Source: Candidatus Fervidifonticultor secundus
GTDB taxonomy: Bacteria; Sysuimicrobiota; Sysuimicrobiia; Sysuimicrobiales; Humicultoraceae
Direction: 5' to 3'
Assembly (NCBI GenBank): GCA_031459385.1
Contig: JAVKIP010000005.1
Coordinates: 64,001 to 128,000 of the forward strand
DNA length: 64,000 nucleotides
Shown here: piece by piece, positions 1 to 9,825 of the stretch
Numbering within the stretch: the first letter of the stretch is position 1
Layout of the letters: every line of letters begins with the position of its first letter
The notes under the pieces: generated by a model
What the model saw: the letters and a program-made list of their open reading frames with translations, nothing else
Database searches by the model: none
What the model was told of the DNA's origin: nothing
Made by a program: the position numbers and the translations under genes

Positions 1-755
1 CCCACCAGGAAGTTGCCGCCCCGGTGCAGGTCCTCTCGCAGCAGGCTCCAGTGTGCCGGCGCGTTCGCCAGGGCCCAGAGCAGGCTGGCCTGCGTCGAGA
101 CGTCCACGTGCTGGCCGCGCCCGGTGCGCTGGCGGTAGAGGTGGGCCACCAGCGTACCGGCGGCCGCGTACATCCCCGCCCACATGGCTGCCTGGGGCAG
201 CGAGACCCGCAGGGGCGGCCGCCCGGGCTCGCCCACCAGGGACATGAACCCGCTGGTGGCCATGGCGACGAGGTCCGATCCGCGGTGATGGGCCCGGGGC
301 CCGGTCTGGCCGAAGGGCGTGATGGACGTCACGATCAGGCGCGGGTTGGCCTCGGCCAGCGCCCGGTACCCCACTCCACGGGCGTCCAGGTAGCCAGGCG
401 GGAACGACTCGACGAGGAAGTCGGCTCGCTGCGCCAGTTGCCGCAGCAGCGCCCCTCCCCGGGCGGTCTCCAGGTGAAGGGTGATGCCGCGCTTGCTGGC
501 GTTGTACGCCCACCAGCGCAGGCTCCGGTCAGGGCCGGCGACGTCGTGGCAGAACGGCCCGCGCAGGCGCCCGGGCTCCCCGCCTGGCGGCTCGACCTTG
601 ACCACGTCCGCGCCCAGGTCGCCCAGAATCCGGCCGCACAGCCAGCCAGCCTCGTCGGTCAGGTCCAGCACGCGGTAGCGCGACAGCACCCCGTCCTCTT
701 CGCCGCCGGATGGCCGGGGACCGGTTCCCCCTAGTGCGGCGGCCGGGTTCGCCAC
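1..755 (-). CDS. Class III (CaiB/BaiF) CoA-transferase, BbsE/PhtSa-like subunit; runs off the window edge
   Basis: Not in the ORF track. Manual minus-strand translation gives LSRYRVLDLTDEAGWLCGRILGDLGADVVKVEPPGG...NASKRGITL...TSITPFGQTGP...GQHVDVS. Putative GTG start at 755 with AGGGAG upstream. Confidence 0.9.
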   Translation of the reverse strand, partial: MANPAAALGGTGPRPSGGEEDGVLSRYRVLDLTDEAGWLCGRILGDLGADVVKVEPPGGEPGRLRGPFCHDVAGPDRSLRWWAYNASKRGITLHLETARGGALLRQLAQRADFLVESFPPGYLDARGVGYRALAEANPRLIVTSITPFGQTGPRAHHRGSDLVAMATSGFMSLVGEPGRPPLRVSLPQAAMWAGMYAAAGTLVAHLYRQRTGRGQHVDVSTQASLLWALANAPAHWSLLREDLHRGGNFLV

Positions 756-1525
756 CGGGTCGGTCTCCCTCGGCGCGCGCGCATCGTGCGCACCCGCCGG
801 GCGAAGTAGCGCAGGTGCTCGTGCATCAGGCGACGGGCCCGCTCTGAGTCGCGTGCGGCGACGGCAGTCAGGATCTCCTGGTGGTCGACGACGGCGCGCT
901 CGGCCATCTCGTCGTCAGGCAGCAGGCGCGCCACCGCCTCGTGGAACAGCGCGCGGAACGAGTTCACGGTGGAGAGCAGCACGGGATTCTTGGCGGCCTC
1001 GGCCAGGGCCAGGTGGAACGCCACGCTGTGCGGGATGAAGTCGGCCTGGCGGGCGGCCAGGCCTGCACGAGCCCGCGCGATCGCTCCGGCCATCGCCCGC
1101 AGGTCCGCGGCGGTGGCCCGCCGCGCCGCGAGTGCCGCCACCTCAGGCTCCACCAGCAACCGGGCCTCCACCAGTTGCGCCACCGTCGTCCGCCGCAGGC
1201 GCAGCAGGTTCGTCAGCGCCTCGCTCACCGGCCGCGTGCTGGGCCGGGCCACGAAGACGCCGCCGCGGGCACCGACCCGGATCTCGACCAGGCCCTGCGA
1301 CTCCAGCACTCGCAACGCGTCGCGGACCGTGGCCCGGCTCAGGCGGAACTGTCGGGCCAGCGCCTTCTCGGGGGCCAGCTGGTCTCCCGGGGCCAGCTGC
1401 CCGTCGAAGATCAGCGCCTTCACCTGCCGGACGACGGCGTCGGAGGCGCGGGCGAAGCGTACGGGCCGAAACGTCGCGCGCAGCGGCGCGCCCGCCCTCG
1501 GGGCCTGCGGCTGTGCGGAGCCCAT
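731..1525 (-). CDS. GntR-family (FadR subfamily) transcriptional regulator
   Basis: wHTH (PGDQLAPEKALARQFRLSRATVRDALRVLESQGLV) plus FCD domain (FHLALAEAAKNPVL, DHQEIL, MHEHL). Start set at MGSAQ, just below the operator-like site. Confidence 0.92.
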   Translation of the reverse strand: MGSAQPQAPRAGAPLRATFRPVRFARASDAVVRQVKALIFDGQLAPGDQLAPEKALARQFRLSRATVRDALRVLESQGLVEIRVGARGGVFVARPSTRPVSEALTNLLRLRRTTVAQLVEARLLVEPEVAALAARRATAADLRAMAGAIARARAGLAARQADFIPHSVAFHLALAEAAKNPVLLSTVNSFRALFHEAVARLLPDDEMAERAVVDHQEILTAVAARDSERARRLMHEHLRYFARRVRTMRARRGRPTRWRTRPPH

Positions 1526-1539
1526 CGCGAAAGATCGAA

Positions 1540-1550
1540 TGGTCAGACCT
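1540..1550. promoter_or_regulatory. FadR-type operator (TGGTCAGACCT)
   Basis: Near-match to the TGGT-N3-ACCA FadR-subfamily palindrome, 15 nt upstream of the gntR ATG, in the gntR/ubiX divergent region. Confidence 0.6.
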
Positions 1551-1752
1551 TTTTCCCCGGCCATGATTCGAGTCGGCGTCCCCCGTCTCCTGCCGGTCCG
1601 CCCCCGGGGCACAATGCGCGACACGGCGCATCCGCCGGCGTGATGCCCGACGGGTGCATCGCGTGCGCCGCCCGGTGCCGCGCCGCGCAGGAGTCGCCCC
1701 TGCCAGGGCGGAATTTCGGCCTGGCAATGACGACGCGCGGGGGCTCCCGGGC

Positions 1753-2349
1753 ATGCGGCTCGTGGTAGGGATCTCAGGCTCCTCGAGCCCTATCTACGGC
1801 ATCCGCACGCTGGAAGCCCTGAAGGCTGCCGGCGTGGAGACGCACCTGGTGGTCTCGGCAGGTGCCCGGCGCACCATCGCCCTGGAGACCACCTGGACCC
1901 TCGAGCAGGTGTGCGGCCTGGCCTCGGTGGTCCACGACGAGCGCGACATGGCCGCAGCCATCTCCAGCGGCTCGTTTCGCACCGGCGGCATGGTGGTCGT
2001 GCCCTGCTCCATGAAGACGGTGGCCGCCATCGCCCACTCGCTGGTCACCGACCTCCTCGTCCGCGCCGCCGACGTCACGCTCAAGGAGCGCCGCAAGCTG
2101 GTGCTGGTGCCCCGCGAGACGCCCCTCCACCTGGGTCACCTCCGCAACCTGGTGCGCGCGGCGGAGATCGGCGCCGTCATCCTGCCGCCGGTCCCGGCCT
2201 TCTACCACGCCCCCAAGACCATCGACGACCTCATCAACCAGACCGTCGGCAAGATCCTCGACCAGTTCGACGTGCCGCATGCGCTCTTCCGTCGGTGGAG
2301 CGGTGCGCCGGCCCGGGCCGGCGAGCTGCCCGCGCCCGACGACGACTGA
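1753..2349 (+). CDS. ubiX: Flavin prenyltransferase UbiX
   Basis: VVGISGSSS, ISSGS, PCSMKT, RAADVTLKERRKLVLVPRETP, PAFY motifs. Confidence 0.96.
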   Translation: MRLVVGISGSSSPIYGIRTLEALKAAGVETHLVVSAGARRTIALETTWTLEQVCGLASVVHDERDMAAAISSGSFRTGGMVVVPCSMKTVAAIAHSLVTDLLVRAADVTLKERRKLVLVPRETPLHLGHLRNLVRAAEIGAVILPPVPAFYHAPKTIDDLINQTVGKILDQFDVPHALFRRWSGAPARAGELPAPDDD

Positions 2350-2352
2350 CGA

Positions 2353-3843
2353 TCACCGCGACCCGCTCCCGAACGGGCCGGCGACGGGGGACCCGGCTGC
2401 CACGGGAACGTGCCCCTGCTCCCCAGGAAACAGGATGTGCCCCCACCGGCGCAGCGCCTCGGCGCGGTGCGTGGGGCTCGCCTGGGCCACCGGCGGGAAC
2501 CGGTCCCGCCATTCGAAGGGCCGGGTGGCATCGATGATGGCCCGGGAGTTGAACCCCTTGCGCTCGGGCGGGATGATGGGATCCAGCGGCCCGCTCCAGC
2601 ACCGGCGCAGGATCTCGATGTCCTGCGCGGGGTCGCAGCGGGTGCACACTGCCCACAAGACGTCTTCCAGGTTCATCACGTCCACGTCCTCGTCCACGAC
2701 GACGGTGAACCGCCCCAGGTACGCCGCAGCGTGACACTGCGTGGCCACCAGGGCCGCCTGGCGGGCATGCCCCGGGAAGCGCTGCCTGATGGCCACGACG
2801 TTCAGCAGGCGCGACCCGCCGACCTCGTGGCACCAGACGGCCTGCACGTCCGGAACGCCCGCCGCCGCCAGCTGCTCTTCGATGGCGGCGGCCCGCAGGA
2901 AGGCCCGGAAGTAGGCCAGTTCCGACGGCGGCTTGGTGGGCGGGCTGCCCAGGATGATGGGGTCGTCGCGGTGGTAGAGGGCCACCACGCGCACTACGGG
3001 CTCGGCGCGCATCTCGCTGGCGTAGTACCCCGTCCACTCGCCGAACGGCCCCTCCGGCGCGCGCTCATCGGGGTCGACGAACCCCTCGATGGCGATCTCC
3101 GCGTGCGCGGGAATGGGGAGCCCGGTCACCGGGCCCTCGATCACCTCCACGGGCGCACCCTGCACGGCGCCGCACCACTCGTACTCCGAGAGGCCCCACG
3201 GGATCTCGATGCCGCCGGCGAGGAAGATCAGCGGGGCGTGGCCGAACGACATGGCCACGGGCATCGGCTCCCGTCGGGCGAACCACTTGTCGCGGTGGAT
3301 CCGGCCGTGCTTGCCGGGCGAGATGTAGAAGCCGACCCGGTGGCGGTCGTGGAGCATGACCCGGTAGCAGCCCAGGTTGACCCAGCCCTGGTCGGGGTCA
3401 CGGGTGATGTCCACGCTCCCCGTGCCGATGTACCGCCCACCGTCCAGCTCGTGCCAGCGCGGCGTGGGGAACGTCAGGAGGTCCACCGCGTCGTCGCGGT
3501 AGACGTGTGCCATGACCGGTCCGTCGGCGACGACCCTGGGCGGGACGGGCCGAAGCGTGCGCTGCTTCTGCTGCCACAGCCGCAGCAGATCGCGCACGTC
3601 GCGATCCACGGGCAGCCCCAGCGTCAGGGCCAGGCGCCGGGGCCCCCCCAGGGCGTTGGTGACCACGCGGTGCCCGGACGGGTAGCCCGGGATATTGTCG
3701 AAGAGCAGCGCCGGCCCGTGGCGGTTCATCACGAGCTCGGTGATCGTGCCGATCTCCAGGTCCCAGTGTGCGCCGCGGACCGTCGTCAGTTCCCCGAGGG
3801 CTTCCACGTCTCGCAGCCAGCCGCGAAGATCGCTCCCGTTCAT
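2353..3843 (-). CDS. UbiD-family prFMN-dependent (de)carboxylase
   Basis: DGGRYIGT, NLGCYR, EGPFGEWTGYY, VVDEDVD, IIDATRP motifs. Confidence 0.95.
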   Translation of the reverse strand: MNGSDLRGWLRDVEALGELTTVRGAHWDLEIGTITELVMNRHGPALLFDNIPGYPSGHRVVTNALGGPRRLALTLGLPVDRDVRDLLRLWQQKQRTLRPVPPRVVADGPVMAHVYRDDAVDLLTFPTPRWHELDGGRYIGTGSVDITRDPDQGWVNLGCYRVMLHDRHRVGFYISPGKHGRIHRDKWFARREPMPVAMSFGHAPLIFLAGGIEIPWGLSEYEWCGAVQGAPVEVIEGPVTGLPIPAHAEIAIEGFVDPDERAPEGPFGEWTGYYASEMRAEPVVRVVALYHRDDPIILGSPPTKPPSELAYFRAFLRAAAIEEQLAAAGVPDVQAVWCHEVGGSRLLNVVAIRQRFPGHARQAALVATQCHAAAYLGRFTVVVDEDVDVMNLEDVLWAVCTRCDPAQDIEILRRCWSGPLDPIIPPERKGFNSRAIIDATRPFEWRDRFPPVAQASPTHRAEALRRWGHILFPGEQGHVPVAAGSPVAGPFGSGSR

Positions 3844-3912
3844 ACCCCTCAACCCCTCTGCCCGTCGTGGCGTCGGCCCGCACTGGCGTGCGGCAACGCG
3901 AGACGTCCCGTG

Positions 3913-4881
3913 CTAGCCATCCAGCCGCAGGAGGCTGACCGCCGTGCGCCCCAGCATGGCGTCCCGCGCGGGAGCCGGGAGGTCCAGCGTCTGCACGAGG
4001 CCGATGTAGCCGCGGATGTCTTCCACCCGCTTGCCCGTCTGGGTCGTGGCGCCGGTGAAGTCCTGCGGGTAGTCGGTGGCAAAGACCAGGCGGTCGGGCT
4101 CGATGCCTGTCAGCGCGCACGCCAGCGCGCCGGGGCCGCCCTCGAAGCCCGCCATGTCGAAGTAGAGCCGCCGGAAGTACTCGTCGAAGGGCCGCACCAG
4201 CGTGCCGAACCGTCCGGCTTTGGCCGCCAGGCGTTCCTTCACCGCGGCGATGCCCCCGCCGAAGTGGGCGATCACGAACGTCACGCCGGGGAAGGCCTCC
4301 AGCACGCCGCCGGCGATCAGGCGCGCCACCGCCAGCTGCAGGTCCAGCTCGCGGCCTAGGATCCGCGCCAGGTCATAGTCGCCCAGCAGTGCATAGCCAC
4401 GCGGGGCCATGGCCGGGTGGACGAAGATGGGGACCTCACGCGCCTGCGCCAGGGCGTAGAAGGCCGACAGGCGCGGGCTGTCCAGCGGCAGGCCCTCGAC
4501 CTGGGAGGCGATCGCCACCCCCCGCAGGCCCAGGTCGTCCAGCGCCCGCTGGATCTCCCGCAGACCCACAGACTCCAGCACGGGCGCATGCGCCAGCCCT
4601 ACGAAGCGTCCGGGGTACCGGTGCTGCAGGGCGGCCAGGTGGTCATTGATGAGCCGGCAGTCGTCCAGGGGCGCGTCCCAGCCCAGGTTGCACGACAGCA
4701 CCGCGGTGTCCACGCCGCCGGCGTCCATGTCGCGCAGCTGGACCGCCGGATCGTAGAGCCGGTCGTGCAGCGTGAACGTGGGCACCCCACCGTCGGCCAG
4801 GTCGCGGCGCTCCCCCCGACGCGCGCCGCGGCGCTCGGCCAGCTCCCACGGCACGAAGTGGTGCTGAAAGTCTACGACCAT
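3913..4881 (-). CDS. Amidohydrolase_2 family protein (ACMSD/LigW-like)
   Basis: DFQHH, FVHP, AHFGG, YFD, FATDYP motifs. Confidence 0.85.
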   Translation of the reverse strand: MVVDFQHHFVPWELAERRGARRGERRDLADGGVPTFTLHDRLYDPAVQLRDMDAGGVDTAVLSCNLGWDAPLDDCRLINDHLAALQHRYPGRFVGLAHAPVLESVGLREIQRALDDLGLRGVAIASQVEGLPLDSPRLSAFYALAQAREVPIFVHPAMAPRGYALLGDYDLARILGRELDLQLAVARLIAGGVLEAFPGVTFVIAHFGGGIAAVKERLAAKAGRFGTLVRPFDEYFRRLYFDMAGFEGGPGALACALTGIEPDRLVFATDYPQDFTGATTQTGKRVEDIRGYIGLVQTLDLPAPARDAMLGRTAVSLLRLDG

Positions 4882-5119
4882 GCACGGCTCCCTTCCCGCC
4901 TGCCGCGGCACGGCCCGTGCACGCAGCGGCCCCGCGGAGGAAAATACGCCCGCCCACCCGCGCCCCCTGCAGGCACGCGTGTGGCTCGCCTGGTGCTGGC
5001 GGGGTAGCCGATCCGGCCGGCGCCGGCCGGCGGGGCTCCGGCCGGATCGGCTAAACGCCGCGCAGGGCCTCGGCCGTCACAAGGAGTGGAATGCAGCGCG
5101 CGCACACGGGAGGACGGAG

Positions 5120-5620
5120 ATGCGAGGGAATGCAGTGTGGATGGCGAGCGTCGTTGTGGTGGCCCTGGTGGCCGGCGGCCTGACCGCCGCCGCAGCCGCC
5201 GGGCCCTGGGATGACGAAGGCCCGATCGGTGCAGACGACGTTGCGCCGTTCCTGGCGCAGGCGGCGCCAGCAGCACCGGCGCCCCCGGGTGCCGGGCCCG
5301 CCCTGCGCCGGCGGCTCAACCTCACCGACGAGCAGGCGCGGCGGGTGGAGCAGATCGCGATCGCCTTCCGCAGCCGCACGGCCCGCCTGCGCATCGACCT
5401 GGCCCGGGCGCGGCTCGATGCCCGCGAGGCGCTGCTGGAGAGCACGCCGGACCGCGCGCGCCTGGAGGCCATCGCGCGGCGCATCGGCGAGCTCCACGGG
5501 CAGCTGGCGCGGGCCCGGTTCGAGATGCTCGTCGAACTCAAGGCCGTGCTGACGCCCGAGCAGTGGATGCGGCTCCAGACGCTACGCTGGGGCCGCGGGG
5601 TGCGCGGGCTCAGACGCTAG
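5120..5620 (+). CDS. Spy/CpxP/ZraP-like periplasmic protein
   Basis: Signal peptide; two LTxxQ motifs (LNLTDEQ, VLTPEQ) around a helical core; GGAG RBS. Confidence 0.85.
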   Translation: MRGNAVWMASVVVVALVAGGLTAAAAAGPWDDEGPIGADDVAPFLAQAAPAAPAPPGAGPALRRRLNLTDEQARRVEQIAIAFRSRTARLRIDLARARLDAREALLESTPDRARLEAIARRIGELHGQLARARFEMLVELKAVLTPEQWMRLQTLRWGRGVRGLRR

Positions 5621-5636
5621 ACGCGCCGCCGGCGGC

Positions 5637-6641
5637 TCACTGGACGACGATCGTGCCCTTCATGCCCCACGGCGCGTGGATCACGCAGTAGTACTCGTAG
5701 CGCCCGGCACGGGTGAACGTCAGGCTGTAGCTCGACGGGAGTTTCATCGGGTTCCCCTCGGGGAACAGAATCCCGGAGTTCGCGTACCCCTTGCCGTCGT
5801 AGGTCTGGGTGCCGGCCGGCGCGCCCACCTTGGGGTTGAGGAGCAGCTTCGGCGGTCCCTGTGCCTGGGACTCCACGACGATGAACTCCGGCACCTTGCC
5901 GCCGGAGGTGAACGTCACCGTGTGGATCTCCAGCGGGTCGCGTACAACCCACGTCACGGTGGTCCCGCGCGCCACGACGACCGGCTCGCGCGAGAACCGG
6001 AAGTGCGACCACCGCTCCTTCACGTTGCCGAGCATCGGCAGCATCACCGTCGTGTCCTGGCGCTGCGGTCGCCACCCGGCAAACGCGGCCCGGCCGGCCT
6101 TCAGCACCGCGGCCAGCTCGCTCCTGCCCCGGGCGGCCGCCTGCGCCGGTGAGCCGGCCGCGCGGTCCCTCACGACGATGCGGCCGGCCTGCCCGGGGTG
6201 CAGCGCGCAGACGTAGTCGTAGGTCCCGGCCCGGGTGAACGTCAGCGAGTAGGAGAAGCGCGTCTTGGGGTCCTCCGGCGCCGGCGGAATGCCCGAGTTG
6301 CGGTAGCCGCTCCCGTCGTGGGTCTTGTCGCCCTTCGGGAAGAAGACATCTGGGTTGAAGTAGGTCTTGGAGCCCTCCTGCACCGTCAGCGGCGGTACCG
6401 GCTGCCCGCTGGTGAAGGTGACCGTGTGGAGTGGCCAGGGCTGCTGGAACTGCCACGTGACCGTGTCGCCCACCGCGACCTCGACTGACCGGGGCTGGAA
6501 CGCGTTGGATACCACCGCGGTCCCGGCGACGCCGCCGCCGACCAGCACCGTCCACGGGCGCGGGGCGCCCTGGGCCTGCGGGACCAGGACCACAGACAGC
6601 ACGACCAGTACGCCGAGCAGCATTGCTGTGCGAAGCCGCAT
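5637..6641 (-). CDS. Exported two-domain cupredoxin (type-1 copper protein)
   Basis: Signal peptide; repeated domain with HTVTF...CALHPGQ and HTVTF...CVIHAPWGM. Confidence 0.85.
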   Translation of the reverse strand: MRLRTAMLLGVLVVLSVVLVPQAQGAPRPWTVLVGGGVAGTAVVSNAFQPRSVEVAVGDTVTWQFQQPWPLHTVTFTSGQPVPPLTVQEGSKTYFNPDVFFPKGDKTHDGSGYRNSGIPPAPEDPKTRFSYSLTFTRAGTYDYVCALHPGQAGRIVVRDRAAGSPAQAAARGRSELAAVLKAGRAAFAGWRPQRQDTTVMLPMLGNVKERWSHFRFSREPVVVARGTTVTWVVRDPLEIHTVTFTSGGKVPEFIVVESQAQGPPKLLLNPKVGAPAGTQTYDGKGYANSGILFPEGNPMKLPSSYSLTFTRAGRYEYYCVIHAPWGMKGTIVVQ

Positions 6642-6746
6642 CTTCCCCCCACCTCCTCGACGCCGCAGTGGCCGCCGTCGTGCAGTTGTCGGATGCTGTT
6701 CGGATGCTGTGGAGTTGCGAGGCACGTAGCCTCGCGCAGTTCGCTT

Positions 6747-6775
6747 ACCATAGCACCGACACAGGTGGCGGTCAA
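6747..6775 (-). promoter_or_regulatory. Sigma70-type promoter of the cupredoxin gene
   Basis: TTGACC-N17-TATGGT on the minus strand, with TG extension. Confidence 0.6.
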
Positions 6776-6860
6776 GGCCCGACGGAATCCCGCGGACTCG
6801 TCGCCCCGCCGGGGCGAGACGTCAAGGCGTGGCGTAAACAGTGCTGCCCCACGCGGGCCA

Positions 6861-7946
6861 TCAGCGCGCCGTCAGGGGCAGGTCCACCCTGAGCACGTAG
6901 GTCTGCTCGCCGACCCGTATGTCGGGAAGCACCAGCGCCATCGCGATGACCGCGGGGGGCGGCGGCACCGGCTCGAAGACCAGCCGCGCGCGCGCCCGCG
7001 CCGCCGCCGGCAGGCGATCCGGAAACGTGCTGCGCAGGAGCCGTACGGCGAAGACGCGGCCCGTCCCCTCGGCCAGGGTGGCCCCGGCGACGGCGCTGAA
7101 GAGGTCGATCTCTGCGTCTCCCTCATTGGCCAGCGTCAGGCTGACCGTTGTGGCGTCGCGCGCGAACTCCACGGCCGCGACCGTGGCCCAAAGCGGGCCG
7201 GCGTTCGCCTGCGCACGCAGCGTGACGACCTTCGCCTCGGGCGAGGGCACCGCGCACCCGTGGGTGCGCTCCAGGCGCGCGATGCGCTCCTGCATCGACG
7301 GATGGTCGTCGAAGAGGTCGCCGGTGTTGGCGCGGCCGCGCGGGGCCAGCCTGACCATGAGCCGCACCCCGGCACAGGGGTCGAACCCGGCGTCCTGCGC
7401 CATGGAGGCACCGAGCCCGTCGGCCTCGATCTCCTGAGCCCGCCCGTACGACGCCAGGATGACGGCGGCTATGAGCGTGATGGCCGGGTCGAGCGCGCGG
7501 TCCCCGAAGAGGATATTCAGCAGCCGGATGGCCTGGGCGGTCTGCAGCCGGCTGATCTTCTGCCGGACGTGATTCAGCCGCATGTGCGCCAACTCGTGCG
7601 CCACGACGAAGGCCAGCTCGTCGGTGGCGAGATCCATCTCCATCAGGCCGGCGGTCACGCCCATGACGTGGATGATAGCCACCGCATTGGGGTCTTTGAG
7701 CTTCAGGCCGATGAGGTGTACGTGGTCGAGCCCGGCGCGGGCGCGCAGGGGCTCCGCGATCGGCTCCAGCCGTGCCCGCCAGGTCGCAAACGTCGGGTCC
7801 TCCGGGCGATAGCAGCGATTCCGCGCGCACAGCGCGTCGAGGATCACGCGCTCCCAGGGGTCCGTGATCTCGGCGCGGGCAGGCGCCGCGCTGCCGGCCA
7901 GGACAGCCACGAGCGCCAGCACCGCGAGCACCCGCATCTCACGCAT
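6861..7946 (-). CDS. Exported M48-family zinc metallopeptidase with C-terminal beta-sandwich domain
   Basis: Signal peptide; PNA, HELAH, EIEAD, DHP motifs; beta-rich C-terminal ~120 aa. Confidence 0.85.
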   Translation of the reverse strand: MREMRVLAVLALVAVLAGSAAPARAEITDPWERVILDALCARNRCYRPEDPTFATWRARLEPIAEPLRARAGLDHVHLIGLKLKDPNAVAIIHVMGVTAGLMEMDLATDELAFVVAHELAHMRLNHVRQKISRLQTAQAIRLLNILFGDRALDPAITLIAAVILASYGRAQEIEADGLGASMAQDAGFDPCAGVRLMVRLAPRGRANTGDLFDDHPSMQERIARLERTHGCAVPSPEAKVVTLRAQANAGPLWATVAAVEFARDATTVSLTLANEGDAEIDLFSAVAGATLAEGTGRVFAVRLLRSTFPDRLPAAARARARLVFEPVPPPPAVIAMALVLPDIRVGEQTYVLRVDLPLTAR

Positions 7947-8219
7947 CGCCTCAGCCCCCGCGGCCTCTCGGGATCAAGCGCCATTATACTCTTTTCCCCG
8001 TGCGCCGAGGCTTCCCCGGCAGGCTATGCGCGCCGTCCGCTCGGTGCTGGCCGCCGCAGGGGTCGGCGGAGGCGCGTCATTCGACGGTTCCTGAAAATCC
8101 GTCGAACGATAGGCACGAACCGGCGGCAGCCGCCGGTATCCTGAAAGACGGGACCCCGACACTCCAGACAGTTCGCCGCGGCCCCCTCGGGGGAGACGTA
8201 TCGCCACGTCTCGGAGGAG

Positions 8220-9824
8220 GTGGCACGACGGGTGCGATATGCTGTCAGTGCCGCAGTGCGGGAGGTCCGCGCGGGCCTGGGGCTTGCGGCGTTGCTACGC
8301 CAGCCCCCAGCCCCCATGGCGGGGCCCGAGGAAGAGATGCGCGCGCGGGTCGCCAGACGCGCGGAGAACTTCCTCTGGTCCGTCGAGCATCTAATCTTCG
8401 CCTACCCCGACAGCCCGTACCGGCCGTTGCTGGAGGTCGCCGGCTACGACCTGCCGCGGGTCCGGCACCTGGTGATGACGCTTGGCCTGGACGCGGCCCT
8501 CGACCGCCTCTGGCAGGACGGCGTGTACGTGCGCATCCAGGAGTTCAAGGGCCGCGAGCCCGTCACCCGTCACGGTCGCACGTTCCGGTTCCACGAGCGC
8601 GCCTTCGCCAACCCCGCGGCCCCCGGCGTGCTCCGCGGACGCAGCAGCGGCTCGCGCAGCGGCGGGACGCAGACAGAGGTGTCGACCGACGACCTCATCT
8701 ACCACGCGCGCCTGCTCTCCTGGCTGCTGGACGAGTACGGGCTGCGGGAGCGGGACGTGGTGGTGTGGTTGACGCCCGGGGCAGGGCTCGAGCGCATCGT
8801 CCGCTTTTCGCTGGCGGGCCACCGTCCGCTCCAGTGGTTCTCGCCCGTAGGGTTCATCGGGCGGGCAACCCCCCTGATGCTGGCGGTCGCGCGCGCGGCC
8901 GGCAGCGGGTACCTCCCGCGCCTGCGCGTCGTCCCGCCGGAGCGGGTGCTGGAGGTCGCCCGGTACATCGCCAGGGTGAACACGCGTCGCGGCCTCCTGG
9001 TGGCCGCGTTCGTCAACTCGGCGCTGCGCCTGGTGCTCACCGCCGAGGAGGCGGGGGTGGCCCTGGGCGACGTCGCCTTCCTGCTCCTGGGCGAGCCGGT
9101 GACGCCCGTCAAGCGGCGCCAGATCGAGGCGCGCGGGTTCACGGTCGTCCCGCGGTTCGGGTTCTTCGAGCTGGGCGAACCGGCGTGGGCCTGCCCCTCC
9201 CCCCGGGAGTCTGACGACCTCCACGTCCTGACCGACATGGTGGTGCTGCGGCAGTACCCGCGTGTGGTGGACCGCGATGGTACCACCGTGCCGGCGTACC
9301 TCTTCACCACCCTGCTGCCGCACGCCCGCCACGTCATGCTGAACCTGGAGACGGGCGACTACGGCGGCCTGGAGGAGCGGTCGTGCGGCTGCTTCCTGGA
9401 GCGCGCAGGGCTGCGGCTCCACATGCACACCATCAGGAGCTTCGAGAAGCTCACCGCCGAGGGCATCACCTTCCTGGGACCGGGCATCATCGACCTCCTC
9501 GAAGAGGTCCTGCCCAGGACGTTTGGCGGGGACAGCCGGCACTACCAGCTGGTGGAAGGCGAAGATGCCCGCGGCTTCACGAAGCTGTATCTCCTGGCCA
9601 GCCCGTGCCTCGGGCCTTTGGACGAGGCCGCGCTGCGCCGTACGCTCCTGGAGGAGCTCGGGGAGCGTCATCTCCACCCCGCCTACGGCCGCAGCGCCGC
9701 CACCGTCTGGCGTCAGGCCGACACCGTCCGGGTCCTACGCCGGGACCCGCTGCCCACGGCGGCGGGGAAGGTCCTGCACCTCCATCGCGTCAGCGGGGCG
9801 GTGATCGAGGCGGGCGGAGGTTAG
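8220..9824 (+). CDS. Divergent ANL-superfamily (PaaK/CapK-like) adenylating enzyme, copy 1
   Basis: SSGSRSG P-loop, GEP, FGFFE, ETGD, CGC, TAAGK (A10-like) motifs. Confidence 0.7.
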   Translation: MARRVRYAVSAAVREVRAGLGLAALLRQPPAPMAGPEEEMRARVARRAENFLWSVEHLIFAYPDSPYRPLLEVAGYDLPRVRHLVMTLGLDAALDRLWQDGVYVRIQEFKGREPVTRHGRTFRFHERAFANPAAPGVLRGRSSGSRSGGTQTEVSTDDLIYHARLLSWLLDEYGLRERDVVVWLTPGAGLERIVRFSLAGHRPLQWFSPVGFIGRATPLMLAVARAAGSGYLPRLRVVPPERVLEVARYIARVNTRRGLLVAAFVNSALRLVLTAEEAGVALGDVAFLLLGEPVTPVKRRQIEARGFTVVPRFGFFELGEPAWACPSPRESDDLHVLTDMVVLRQYPRVVDRDGTTVPAYLFTTLLPHARHVMLNLETGDYGGLEERSCGCFLERAGLRLHMHTIRSFEKLTAEGITFLGPGIIDLLEEVLPRTFGGDSRHYQLVEGEDARGFTKLYLLASPCLGPLDEAALRRTLLEELGERHLHPAYGRSAATVWRQADTVRVLRRDPLPTAAGKVLHLHRVSGAVIEAGGG

Positions 9825-9825
9825 T

